A stretch of DNA of 64,000 nucleotides from an uncultured delta proteobacterium (GTDB lineage Bacteria > Desulfobacterota > Binatia > UBA9968). Shown here piece by piece: positions 18,298 to 28,512 of the stretch. The stretch is taken from contig CAVWLW010000065.1 in assembly GCA_963755715.1 (NCBI GenBank), positions 1 to 64,000 on the forward strand. The letters are read 5' to 3'. Position 1 is the first letter of the stretch. Each line of letters starts with the position of its first letter. The notes under the pieces are model-generated. The model saw only the letters and a list, made by a program, of their open reading frames with translations, had not been told where the DNA came from and did no database searches. The position numbers and the translations under genes were made by a program.

Positions 18298-19561
18298 TTA
18301 GCTCCTTCGACTGACCGATCTTTCCGCTTGCATTGCCGCGAGCTCTTCCGGCGGCCGGACGTGGCGGAACATCAGAAAAAATGCCACGTCGTTGACCAAT
18401 TGTAACCCGCCGCCGATGAACAAGGGAAGCGTCAAGCGAAACGGTTTGCATGAGATAAGTCGAAATGGTCGGGCTGATGCCGAACGGCACGATGCGCGCC
18501 AAGCTGGTGACGCCGGCCGCGGAGCCGCGTTCGTTGGATTGGACCATCGCCATGGTGAACGAAGCTCGTAAAGGATTGTCCATGTAAGCGAAAAATGACC
18601 GAATGACAATGAGCGCGGCGGCCACGTTAAGAATCGAGGCAAATGGTAGGCATAGCCAAATCAGCGACGCCAAACCGTGGGAAAATGCCATGGTTTTGAC
18701 GACGCCGATTTTGCTCGCGATCAGCGGCGCGCTGAGAAACGACAGCGCCGCGAGAAAATAGGAAGCAAAGAAAATCACGCCGAGAGATTTGAGCTCGACG
18801 CCGAAACGAAGAAAGAACCAATAAGCGACCAACGAACCCGCCATACCGGCGCCGAAGTTGTCGACGATTGCAAGCAAAGACATCTTGGTGACAAAGACAC
18901 CGGTGCTTTTGGACATCTTTTTTTCGGCAGGCCTGGGTTGGTGTTCCTCCTCGCCGATGGCCCGATACACGAACAGGAGCGCGACGCTAAAAAGTATGGT
19001 CAAGCCGAAAAGCGGCTTGTAGGAGTCGACCGCGTTCCAGCCCTTTGTTTCTTGAAGAAACTGCGGCAGGCCGCTGGCCAACGCGCCTAAAGAGCCCATG
19101 ATCGAGCCGACGCACGAATTGACCGCGAAGATCTGATTGCGATTCTCCGGCCGGCATTTCTCGGCCAGGAGAGCTTCTTCCACCGGATTGAACGGACCGC
19201 CGCCCGAGCCGCCGCCGCCGGATCCGCCGGCGCCGACGTTCGCGACGATAACTGCAGCCAGAATAAAGAAGAGACTGCTAAAATAAATAAGGATGAGGTT
19301 GGACAGGATCGTCAGAATCGCAAGCAGCATCAAAATTTTTCTGCGACCGACCCGATCCGACAAATATCCCCAGAGCGCCGTGAGCACGGCGCCGCTCAGA
19401 TACGCGACGGTGAAAATGACCCCGATCATCACCGGCGTATATCCAAGCCGGTCGAGATAGATGGCGAACACGACGTTCAAATACGAAAAAGCGAAGGCAC
19501 GGATGCCGCGCGAGGCCATCAGCAACTTGGCATCGCGGTGTAAGTTTCGCAGCAGTCCCAT
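18298..19561 (-). CDS. MFS transporter (frameshift near 18430)
   Basis: GYLSDRVGRRK motif A, 12-TM pattern; paralog of the adjacent gene. Confidence 0.88.
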
Positions 19562-19563
19562 AA

Positions 19564-20820
19564 TCAAGCCGTCGCGGTTTGCGGCGTAGCCCCTTCTTCT
19601 TCGGGCGGTTTCACGTCGCGGAACATGAAATAGAAGACGCAATCGTGAAAGAACTGCAGGAAGCCGCCGATAAATATCGGCACGTTCAACGTGAACGCCT
19701 GCATTAAGTACGCCGAGATCGTCGGACTGATCGCCACCGGAACATGCCGTGAGAGAGTGGTGAAGCCGGCGGCGGAGCCGCGATCTTCGGGCCGAACGAC
19801 GCCCATGATGAAGGAACTCCTGAGTGGACTGTCCATATAAGCCAGATAGGAGCGAGCGATTGTCAGGGCGGCGGCGATCGCAAACGTCGGCGCCAGCGGC
19901 AGGCAGAGCCAAATTGCCGACGCCAAACCGTGGGAGAAAGCCATGGTTCGGACTACGCCGATTTTGCGCGCGATGATCGGCGCGGTTAAAAACGACATGG
20001 CGGCGAGAAAGTAAGATAAAAAGAACATAAAGCCGAGAGACTTGAGCTCAACGCCGTAGCGCAGAAAAAACCAGTAGGAGATCAGCGGGCTGACCAATCC
20101 GCCGCCCAAATTATCGATCATGCCGAGCAGCGACATTTTAAGCACGAAGGCGTTGGCTTTGGTCACCATTGGTTTCTTCGCTCGTTTTTTGGCGACGTGA
20201 TGCTCGTCGATTCGCGAGTAGGCAAAGATCAGCACGGCGCTAAAAACGATCGTTAACGCAAAGAGCGGCTTGTAAGAAGCGATCGGTTGCCAGCCCCAAT
20301 TTTCCTGTAAATGCTGCGGCAAACCGCTCAACAGCGCGCCTAAGGCGCCCATCATCGAGCCGACAAAGGCATTGGCGGCGAAGACTGCGTTACGGTTCTG
20401 CGGCGTGCATTTTTCTGCGAGCAGGGCCTGCTCGACCGGACTCATGGGGCCGCCGCCTTGGCCGCCACCGCCCGAACCCCCGGCGCCCACGTTGGCGATG
20501 ATGACCGCGGCGATGATGAAAATCAGATGACTGGAAAAAATGTAAATAAGGTTAGACGCGATGGTGAGGACGGCCAAAAGCATCAGAATATTTTTCCGGC
20601 CAAATCGGTCCGACAGATAGCCCCACACGGCGGTTAAGACAGCCGCGCTGGCATACGCCGTGGTGACGACAAAGCCAACGGTGATCGTCGAGTAACCGAG
20701 CTGACTCAAATAAATCGTGAAAATGACGCCCAAATAGGAGAACGCAAAGGCTCTGACGCCGCGGGAGATCATCAAGATTTTCGCGTCGCGCTGCAAATCC
20801 CCGAAGAAATGTCGGATCAC
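19564..20820 (-). CDS. MFS transporter
   Basis: GYLSDRFGRK motif A, 12-TM pattern. Confidence 0.92.
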   Translation of the reverse strand: MIRHFFGDLQRDAKILMISRGVRAFAFSYLGVIFTIYLSQLGYSTITVGFVVTTAYASAAVLTAVWGYLSDRFGRKNILMLLAVLTIASNLIYIFSSHLIFIIAAVIIANVGAGGSGGGGQGGGPMSPVEQALLAEKCTPQNRNAVFAANAFVGSMMGALGALLSGLPQHLQENWGWQPIASYKPLFALTIVFSAVLIFAYSRIDEHHVAKKRAKKPMVTKANAFVLKMSLLGMIDNLGGGLVSPLISYWFFLRYGVELKSLGFMFFLSYFLAAMSFLTAPIIARKIGVVRTMAFSHGLASAIWLCLPLAPTFAIAAALTIARSYLAYMDSPLRSSFIMGVVRPEDRGSAAGFTTLSRHVPVAISPTISAYLMQAFTLNVPIFIGGFLQFFHDCVFYFMFRDVKPPEEEGATPQTATA

Positions 20821-21768
20821 TGCGGCCTCGCCGCGTTGTAATGGTCGCGCTCGAAATCGAGCTCGGTATAGATTCCCAAGGCGTGAAGCGCGTCGTTGGC
20901 TTCATCCAATGACGAACTCGTACGCACGGCTTGCGCCGGGCGCGAAAGGCTTTCATATAATTTTTCCGGCGACATGAAAAAAGTCAGGGTGGTGAGCGGC
21001 GTAAGCTTGAGAGTGCGCCGATCGCCGCGAATGCGCTTTGTTCCCCATGCGCCGCGGAAACATTCCACCGGGATGGCGCTCGCTTCGGTGGGCACGGTTT
21101 TGATGACCTCCTCGATTTCGGCGGCGATTTTTGGCGTGAGCGCCCATGCGCCCTGCAACCCATTGACAGCGGCGAGTTTGCTCAGCGCCGCTTCGATTTC
21201 ATCCACGGTCAACTCGCCGTCGCTGCCGTAGCCAAACACGCCCCATAAGGTGCGGCGGCCGCGTTTTGCCAATTCCGCAAACGCGGCCAACATGATCGAA
21301 TCTGCCAACGGACTGCGCAATCCGGGCTCATGACCTTGCGCCAGCGAATCGCCGCCAACGTCGATGCCGACCAGCAAGTCCGCTTGGAGTTCTTGCATCG
21401 CGATTTCAATTCCATCCACCACGCCGGCGGCGCCGCCGTTGATGTCGATCAGTAAAACTCGCCTGGCCGATCGCCGCCGCCATTCTCGATTCGGCGAAAT
21501 AAACACCGGTATCGGTTTGACTATCGGCATTCGCCATCCAGGCGAAAGGATGCAGCACCCGAACGTTTCGTGTTTCGCTAAGCTTTCGTGGCCCGGGTAT
21601 CGGATCGTAGACGTTTCGTTCCCAGGAAAGACCGCCGAGGATGAATTCCAAGCCGCAAAATTCAAGGAAGCGCGCAGTCGCCAAGGCGCCGACCACGTCG
21701 CCGCCGCCACCGACGCCGATAACCAGGGCGCGCGACGATGCGCGGATGAGAGTTTCCAACGATTGCAT
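20817..21768 (-). CDS. DUF1152 family protein (frameshift near 21465)
   Basis: GVGGGGDV, IDVGGDSLA.G.EPGLRSPLAD, GYGSDGEL. Confidence 0.8.
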
Positions 21769-21809
21769 TTATTATGTTGTTCAGGCTGGCTCTTCGACGT
21801 CTTAATGGC

Positions 21810-21871
21810 TGTCATCCTGAACGACGTGAAGGATCTCGGCCGAGATTCTTCGCCTGTGGCTCAGAATGACA
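21810..21871. repeat. Palindromic intergenic repeat (GTCAT...ATGAC family)
   Basis: TGTCATCCTGAACGACGTGAAGGATCTCGG-CCGAGATTCTTCGCCTGTGGCTCAGAATGACA. Confidence 0.75.
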
Positions 21872-21926
21872 CGCCATCTTTGCCATACTCTCGTTTGCCT
21901 TTGCTCGCGTAATTCTCGAATGATCA

Positions 21927-22481
21927 TCATTTCGGAATATGCGTATCCTGTCCCGGCACAGGATTAGCAATTGCTTCTTCGAGCGATTTGACGCCGTGCC
22001 ATTCGTTGGACGGCCGCACGCGGCCGTCACTGCCGACTTGATCGACACCCCAGTAAATTTCTAGAGAATGATTGTCCGGGTCGCGAAACTCCACGGCGAT
22101 CTGACAGCCGGCGCGGCGGCGGCCTTCAAAGTCGATCTTGGCGCCGCATTCACGCAAGCGATCGCGCGCGTGCAGGACTTCGCCGAGCGTCGGCACCTCG
22201 AAAGCGAGGTGATGTAATTCTCTATTCGCGTTCTTGCCGTCACCGGCGCCGACGAGAGCGAGGCAATGATGGTCCGTGTTACAACGCAAAAACACCATGC
22301 CGCCGGGCATCATCTCTTCCGGATAAACGTCCGAGACTTTGAAGCCCAGAACCTTCGTGTAAAATTCGGTCGAACGTTCGAGATCCGAGACTTGCAAGAC
22401 GACATGACCGACTTTGCTGATGTGAAAATCCATGCCTTTCGGCGGCGTCATACTTTTCAGCTTTTCGATATTGACGGCCAT
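21927..22481 (-). CDS. VOC family protein (extradiol dioxygenase-like), paralog of 17259-17768
   Basis: GHVVL, NTDHH, LHHLAFEV, EGRR, FRDPD..LEIY. Confidence 0.88.
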   Translation of the reverse strand: MAVNIEKLKSMTPPKGMDFHISKVGHVVLQVSDLERSTEFYTKVLGFKVSDVYPEEMMPGGMVFLRCNTDHHCLALVGAGDGKNANRELHHLAFEVPTLGEVLHARDRLRECGAKIDFEGRRRAGCQIAVEFRDPDNHSLEIYWGVDQVGSDGRVRPSNEWHGVKSLEEAIANPVPGQDTHIPK

Positions 22482-22537
22482 AACGATTCCTCCATCTCTG
22501 AGTCAGCTCCGCAGCGATGAATCGGCAAAGGCCGCGC

Positions 22538-23335
22538 TCAACTCGCCGGCTTTGGCATGAGATTGTTGGCGCGCAGGAAATCAATGACAAACTCGTCGAA
22601 ACTGGCAGGATCTTCGATGTTACAGGCGTGACCCGTCTTCGGTAACACCTTGTGCACGGCGCCAGGAATGAGCGACGCCGTCAGTTTTCCGCCTTTGAGA
22701 GAATTATCGTACTCACCGTTGACCACCAGAGTCGGCACTTTCATCGTGCCGAGCCGAGGCGTCATGTCGAGACCGCCGCGGGCGCGAAAAATCTGGCCGA
22801 TGGATTCACCCGAGAGCCACGGGTCGCGTTCAACGAACGTGTTGAGCAGATATTTACCTAACTTTGAATCGGCGAACTCGGGCGCCACCAAGTCGCGCAG
22901 ATGTTGGATGTGATATTTCTCGATGCCGACTTTTGTGTAGCCGTGGATGCGTTCTTCGATCGATCCGCCCGGTCCGCTGCTGCCACCGACGAGAATAATC
23001 GCTTTGAAAATCTCCGGGTGATCGAGACCTAACAGAATCGCCATGCCCGAGCCGACGCTGACGCCGCCGAGGATCGCTTCCTTGACGCCCTGGTCGCGAC
23101 AAACAGCGAGCACATCATCCGCCATGTCTTTTAGGCTGAACGGTGTTTCAGGTTTGTCCGAGCGCCCGTAGCCACGAATGTCGATGGCGATGACTTTGAA
23201 GTAGGTGGAAAAGTGCGCGATCTGGTACATCCAGAGGTTATGATCGAAGGGATTGGCATGAACCATGACGAAAGGAAAACCTTCGCCGGAAACTTCGTAA
23301 TAAATCTTAAGTCCGTTGGCGGTGCTGTAGGGCAT
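22538..23335 (-). CDS. Alpha/beta hydrolase (3-oxoadipate enol-lactonase-like)
   Basis: DIRGYGRS, nucleophile GVSVG, GEYD, GH. Confidence 0.88.
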   Translation of the reverse strand: MPYSTANGLKIYYEVSGEGFPFVMVHANPFDHNLWMYQIAHFSTYFKVIAIDIRGYGRSDKPETPFSLKDMADDVLAVCRDQGVKEAILGGVSVGSGMAILLGLDHPEIFKAIILVGGSSGPGGSIEERIHGYTKVGIEKYHIQHLRDLVAPEFADSKLGKYLLNTFVERDPWLSGESIGQIFRARGGLDMTPRLGTMKVPTLVVNGEYDNSLKGGKLTASLIPGAVHKVLPKTGHACNIEDPASFDEFVIDFLRANNLMPKPAS

Positions 23336-23510
23336 AGATATTGGGTTTTGAATGCCAGAGATATGGCAATTGGTGTAAAAACTCTTATCTGGAGCGCCAA
23401 TCACTTGTCAAGAAATGAAACTTTCTCATGCACCGAGCTTCACTTGCGGACATACATTTCGCTTGTTATGTGGGTAGGCGGCTCAGGGTGTTCATGAATC
23501 AAGCCGAGGA

Positions 23511-24458
23511 GTGTTTTTTACTATAATGACGTTGCTTTTATCGGTCCTCGTTATTTTCTTTGGTTGGCGCTTGCAGCCGCTCGCTGCGCAGGAATTACAA
23601 AAAGTCCGCATCTCCTATTCGAGCCGCAGCAATTCGACCACTGTTTACCAAGTCGCTTTGGCCAGAGGTTTCTTCAAAGAAGAAGGACTGGAAGCGGAGA
23701 TGATTCAAATGAATCCGCGCCTCGGCGGTCTGGCGGTGATGAACGGTGACATCGAGTTCACGACGACGTTCGGCACCACGCTGCGCGGTATTATCCAAGG
23801 CTTGCCACTCAAATTTGTCGCCATATCCGTTCGCAAGACCGATCATTTCTTAATCAGCCGCCCCGAGCTAAAGACGATCCAAGACCTGCGCGGTAAGCGC
23901 CTCGGAGTCTCGACGCTATTTGGCACCGATCAACTGGCCGCCGAGGACATGATGCAGTCCAAAGGGTTGAACCCGAGCGCCGTGCAGGTGGTGGCCTTGG
24001 GCGATGCCCCAGTGCGGGTCCAAGCCTTGCGCGCAGGCATTGTTGAAGTCATCGCGATGAACACTCCCTACGATATGGTCTTGATGAAAGACGGTTATAA
24101 CGCTCTTGCCGGGCCGCAAGATCTCAAGCGTGCGCTGCCACTGGCGGGCTTGGCAGTAAAAGATAGTCTGCTTAAGGAAAAACCTGCTTTGATCAAACGC
24201 GCGCTGCGCGCGGTTTTAAAGTCGCACCGATTCATTTTCGACAACAAACAAGAAACCACCCGCATCATGATGCAGTGGTTGAGCCAGCCGCCGGATATCG
24301 GGTCGCGCGGCTATGAGCTGGCGTTACTGGCCCTTTCTCGGAACGGCGAGATTCCCGACTCCGACTTGGAATTGTTAACGGAGAAAAAACGGCCGTTGAA
24401 CGAAGTCCGCGATTACAGTTTGCTACGCGAGGCGCAGAAAGAACTGGGCATGCGTTGA
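23511..24458 (+). CDS. ABC substrate-binding protein (NMT1/SsuA type)
   Basis: Signal peptide, GFFKEEGL, DLRGKRLGV. Confidence 0.88.
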   Translation: MFFTIMTLLLSVLVIFFGWRLQPLAAQELQKVRISYSSRSNSTTVYQVALARGFFKEEGLEAEMIQMNPRLGGLAVMNGDIEFTTTFGTTLRGIIQGLPLKFVAISVRKTDHFLISRPELKTIQDLRGKRLGVSTLFGTDQLAAEDMMQSKGLNPSAVQVVALGDAPVRVQALRAGIVEVIAMNTPYDMVLMKDGYNALAGPQDLKRALPLAGLAVKDSLLKEKPALIKRALRAVLKSHRFIFDNKQETTRIMMQWLSQPPDIGSRGYELALLALSRNGEIPDSDLELLTEKKRPLNEVRDYSLLREAQKELGMR

Positions 24459-24499
24459 TCAGGATTGCATCCGACAGATTCGGTTAGGAGCGAATCGCC

Positions 24500-25513
24500 A
24501 TGATGAGAAAGACTCGCGGTTTCGTCAATCGGTGGCTGTTTCTTCTAGTGACCGTAGTGCTTAGCTTTAGCCAAGCAGGCGTGGGACTTTGCGCCGATGA
24601 CAGCTTATTTTCCGAGGCGCGCCGAGAGCGGGGAACCGTGCGTTGGTACACCGCCTTGAACGTCAATGGAAGCAAGCCCCTCGCCGATGCTTTCGAGAAA
24701 AAATATCCGTTTCTAAAAGTTGACATCAATCGGCTGAGCAATGAACGCATCATGAACCGAATTTTCGCCGAAGCGAAATCGGCGGCGCCGCAATTCGACG
24801 TCACTTCGTTCGCTTACTTGCCCTTGCTGGCGGAGAAAGGTCTTTTGGCCAGTTATCAAAGTCCCCAGACCAAAGCTTACCTGGAGGGATTTTTTGATCC
24901 CAAAAGCCATTGGACGACGATGTATTCGAATCTTATCGTGTTGGGCTACAACACGCGTCAGGTCAGTGCTGCCTCGGCGCCGAAGGACTGGCCGGATCTC
25001 CTCGCTTCGCAGTGGAGCGAGAAAATCGGCATGGATCCCGAAGTCGGCATCTGGTACGGCGCGATGCTGCACTACATGGGGAAAGAAAGAGGAGAGAAGT
25101 TTTTTCGCTCGCTGGCGCAGCAGAAAATACAGTGGCGTCGCGGCCATTCTTTGCTCGCTCAACTGATGACGGCCGGCGAGTTTCCGCTCGCGCTCGTCTA
25201 TGCCTTCAACATCAGCCAATTGCAGCAAAGCGGCGCGCCGGTGAAGTGGGTGACCTCGGCAAAACCGATCGTTGCTACCACCAGCGGCATCGGCATTTCG
25301 GCAAAGACGGACGCGCCGGCATCGAGCAAGCTGTTCATCGATTTTGCGCTCTCTTTGGAAGGCCAGAAAATAATCACCGAGACCGGGCGTTTTTCCGCGC
25401 GGAAAGATTTACAGACCATCGGCGATCTCAAGACCTATGCGGTCCCTGATGCGGTGGTGCTGAATCTTGAAAAGTACTTGCAAGAATTCACCCAACTATT
25501 TCGCCCGAAATAA
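24500..25513 (+). CDS. ABC substrate-binding protein (Fe3+/thiamine AfuA type)
   Basis: Signal peptide, AFEKKYP, YNT, APKDWPDLL, KLFIDFALSLEGQ. Confidence 0.85.
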   Translation: MMRKTRGFVNRWLFLLVTVVLSFSQAGVGLCADDSLFSEARRERGTVRWYTALNVNGSKPLADAFEKKYPFLKVDINRLSNERIMNRIFAEAKSAAPQFDVTSFAYLPLLAEKGLLASYQSPQTKAYLEGFFDPKSHWTTMYSNLIVLGYNTRQVSAASAPKDWPDLLASQWSEKIGMDPEVGIWYGAMLHYMGKERGEKFFRSLAQQKIQWRRGHSLLAQLMTAGEFPLALVYAFNISQLQQSGAPVKWVTSAKPIVATTSGIGISAKTDAPASSKLFIDFALSLEGQKIITETGRFSARKDLQTIGDLKTYAVPDAVVLNLEKYLQEFTQLFRPK

Positions 25514-25552
25514 CCGGGCAATTACCACTGGACCAGTCGAAAGGAAAACCGC

Positions 25553-26629
25553 ATGCAAGATCTGAGTACAAAATCCGCCTATGAGCTGAAGACCCCCTAT
25601 GCTTTTTGGCAAGACGGAGAAGGAATTCCGGCCTACGGCGGCTACTGGATCGAAGACGTTCGAACCGTCGAGTTGGCAGATTGGCAAAGGACGGGCGGGC
25701 GCGGCGCGTTCGTCAATCTCAACGGCGCGGGCATGAACTGCGACGCACATATAAATGAAATACCGGCAAAACAGCAGCTAAAGGCGGAGCGGCATCTCTA
25801 TGAGGAAATCATTTTTATTTTGAGCGGCCAAGGTGCGACCGTGATTTGGAACGATGGCGGACCAAAACACACCCTCGAGTGGCAGGAGGGAAGTCTTTTT
25901 TCACCGCCCCTGAATGCTTGGCATCAACATTTTAACGCCGATGCTGCCAAACCGGCGCGCTTCATCTCGCTGACCAGCGCGCCGCAGGCGATCAATCAAT
26001 TCCGCAATCTCGATTTTATTTTTAACAACTCGTTCATATTCGCGGATCGATATCGTGGCGAAGCCGGCGAATTGACGAAGGCGGGTCAATACATTCAAAA
26101 AGGCGTCAAGCCGGGGCGCGTGTGGGAGACTAACTTTGTCGCCAACCTATTGGAGTTCCAGCCCAAGGAGCACTCGGCGCGAGGCGCGGGGACTCGGAAT
26201 AGTCTCTTCGAGTTTGCCGGCAACACCATGAGCGCGCATCTGTCGGCGTTCCCTGCGGGGAAGTATAAAAAGGCGCACCGTCACGGGCCGGGCGCGCACA
26301 TCGTCATTTTATCCGGCAACGGTTATTCGCTGATGTGGCCGCACGATACCGAACCCCAACGGATCGACTGGCGTCCGGGAAGTTTGGTCGTGCCGCCACT
26401 CGATTGGTATCATCAACATTTTTGTCCGGGACCCGAAGCGGCACGGTTTATCGCCCTAAAGCCATGGGGATTTAAGTATTTGGTCGACGACCTTGCCAAG
26501 TCGGACAAGGACGAAAACGAAGGCGGCACGCAGATCGAATACCAAAATCAAGATCCAAAAATTCACCGGATCTTTGTCGACGAGTGCACCCAGCGGGGCG
26601 TGCTTGCGCAGATGCCGATGTTCGCTTAA
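25553..26629 (+). CDS. Bicupin protein (gentisate 1,2-dioxygenase-like)
   Basis: Two cupin motifs: ERHLYEE...PLNAWHQH and AHRHGPGAH...PLDWYHQH. Confidence 0.8.
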   Translation: MQDLSTKSAYELKTPYAFWQDGEGIPAYGGYWIEDVRTVELADWQRTGGRGAFVNLNGAGMNCDAHINEIPAKQQLKAERHLYEEIIFILSGQGATVIWNDGGPKHTLEWQEGSLFSPPLNAWHQHFNADAAKPARFISLTSAPQAINQFRNLDFIFNNSFIFADRYRGEAGELTKAGQYIQKGVKPGRVWETNFVANLLEFQPKEHSARGAGTRNSLFEFAGNTMSAHLSAFPAGKYKKAHRHGPGAHIVILSGNGYSLMWPHDTEPQRIDWRPGSLVVPPLDWYHQHFCPGPEAARFIALKPWGFKYLVDDLAKSDKDENEGGTQIEYQNQDPKIHRIFVDECTQRGVLAQMPMFA

Positions 26630-26699
26630 TCAGGCAAATATCGACGCGCCGAGCTGCGGGCGCAGAACCGAACTTCATTTCTGATGGAGAAAAAAGAAC

Positions 26700-27404
26700 A
26701 TGGCTTCTATGAACTCACTGAGGGACGAACTTAACCGAATGGCGAATCTGCAGTTTGAGACGCCGGAATTCGAGCGCCTGCTGTCCGTTCGCTTGACGCT
26801 GCCGCGGGCGCGTTTTTACATCAAGCACAATGCTTACTACAACAAGAACCGCCGCGACTGTTGGGGATTCGTGCTCGGCGCCGCTCCTTTGGACGTCAAG
26901 AAACTCGTGTGGAAACACGAGGAGGACGAGCTTATCACCGACAAGCGGGAAGGCGAGGATCACTATTCGTTGGTCGTGAGGCAGGCGCAGATGGTCGGTG
27001 TGACGCGCGAGGAAATCGAACAATCGGAACCCATACCCGGGGCGCGCGCCGCCCAATACGCCTGGCTTCATATCGCGCGCAACCGGCCGTGGTTGGAGGC
27101 GTTCACCAGCTCAACGATGCTCGAGCGACGCAACAATGGCGAAATCATCAAAGGCGGCGGTCTGTCGGCGCGCATCGCCAAGCGTTGGGTGGAAGACTTG
27201 GGCGTTGCCATTGAAAAGGCGCCGTCGCTCAAGGTTCACGCGGTTGCCGATGTGGAGCACGCCGATATGATGTGGGAAGTTTTTGAAAATCATGCAGCGA
27301 GCGATGAAGCGCAGCGCGCGGTTCTTAGCGCTGCGCACGACTGCATGGAGATCGATCGCGCCTATCGCGGCGCTCTTGCCGACGCCATGCTCAGGATCGA
27401 TTGA
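26700..27404 (+). CDS. Heme-oxygenase-like (PqqC/CADD/TenA fold) iron-redox enzyme
   Basis: Helical protein with HEEDE...EDHY and LER...VHAVADVEHA putative di-iron ligands. Confidence 0.72.
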   Translation: MASMNSLRDELNRMANLQFETPEFERLLSVRLTLPRARFYIKHNAYYNKNRRDCWGFVLGAAPLDVKKLVWKHEEDELITDKREGEDHYSLVVRQAQMVGVTREEIEQSEPIPGARAAQYAWLHIARNRPWLEAFTSSTMLERRNNGEIIKGGGLSARIAKRWVEDLGVAIEKAPSLKVHAVADVEHADMMWEVFENHAASDEAQRAVLSAAHDCMEIDRAYRGALADAMLRID

Positions 27405-27473
27405 GCCGCTGCGCAATTGCGGAGTTTGGGGTCTCTCGGTAGTTACCCCTCGCCTTCAGACGAAGAGAAGTTT

Positions 27474-27615
27474 CGTCGTGCCGGCGCAGGCCGGCATCCA
27501 GGTTCGTTTCAGTGGCAGTTCAAAGGTCCCTGGATTCCGGCATCCGCCGGAATGACGGAAGGGAGAACTGTCGACCCAAGTCAACGCCTATAACCTCGAC
27601 TTTTAGCCGAAGGGC
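27474..27615. repeat. Composite palindromic repeat, copy A
   Basis: CGTCGTGCCGGC..GCCGGCATCCAG...CTGGATTCCGGC..CGCCGGAATGACG plus a degenerate tail; similar to copies at 48285 and 52589. Confidence 0.8.
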
Positions 27616-27623
27616 CATTTAAG

Positions 27624-28328
27624 TCAGGGGACCTTTCTCGGCCGCTCTTGTTTGATCTTCTCTTTAACTTCTTGAAGCTTCATCACGTCGGTGTATTTGT
27701 GGTGCATGTCGAAGAGATTGACCTTGTGCGACAGCGGACTGCGATCGAAGACGCATTCTTCAACGATCGACACGTGATAGCCGAGCGAGTATCCATCGAC
27801 GCAGCTGGCACGTACGCAGCCGCTGGTGCTTTCGCCGCAGACGATCAAACTGTCGACGCCGAGTTGCGTCAGATGAGCGACGAGCGGCGTGCCGAAAAAG
27901 CCGCTGGCGCGTTCTTTGAAAATGACCACATCGCCCGATTCGGGTTTGAACTCTTCCTTGATCTCGAATGCTTGCGGATCGATCTTGACCCGTTGGCGAT
28001 TGGTCGCATGAACGGCGCCGGGTTTCGCTTCTTTGCGGGTTTCGGTGGTCGTATAAAAGACCGGGATTTTCAGTGATCGCGCCAACGCAAACAGCTCTTG
28101 CGTCGGTTTGATCGCGTTGTGCGCATAAACACCACACGAGCTTTTGTAGGTATCGACGAGCTCATGCGGCTCTTTGGCGCCGCCTTCATACGCGAGATTA
28201 TAAAGATCGATGGCCAAGAGCGCCGGTCTTTGACCGATATAGGTTTCACGATGGTACGGAGTATAGGTTTTTAATATCTCCGGCGTGACAACGTCTTTCC
28301 AACAGTGATCTTCGAATTCGGCTGTCAT
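27624..28328 (-). CDS. Isochorismatase-family cysteine hydrolase
   Basis: ALLAIDL, KERASGFFGT, GESTSGCVRAS. Confidence 0.9.
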   Translation of the reverse strand: MTAEFEDHCWKDVVTPEILKTYTPYHRETYIGQRPALLAIDLYNLAYEGGAKEPHELVDTYKSSCGVYAHNAIKPTQELFALARSLKIPVFYTTTETRKEAKPGAVHATNRQRVKIDPQAFEIKEEFKPESGDVVIFKERASGFFGTPLVAHLTQLGVDSLIVCGESTSGCVRASCVDGYSLGYHVSIVEECVFDRSPLSHKVNLFDMHHKYTDVMKLQEVKEKIKQERPRKVP

Positions 28329-28512
28329 GATTTTTCTCCTTGTCGATGGATTCCGCGATTGACGGATCGCGCGAGTATCTTTTCCTCTACCTGGTGCCGA
28401 GCGGTGTTGTCAAGGAATAGAAAAGACAAAGCATGCGAATGGATTGACACGCCAGCGCTCGTCGGTTAAATGGTTGCGGGCGGAAATTTCGGGATGCGCA
28501 AAGGGGATCGAT

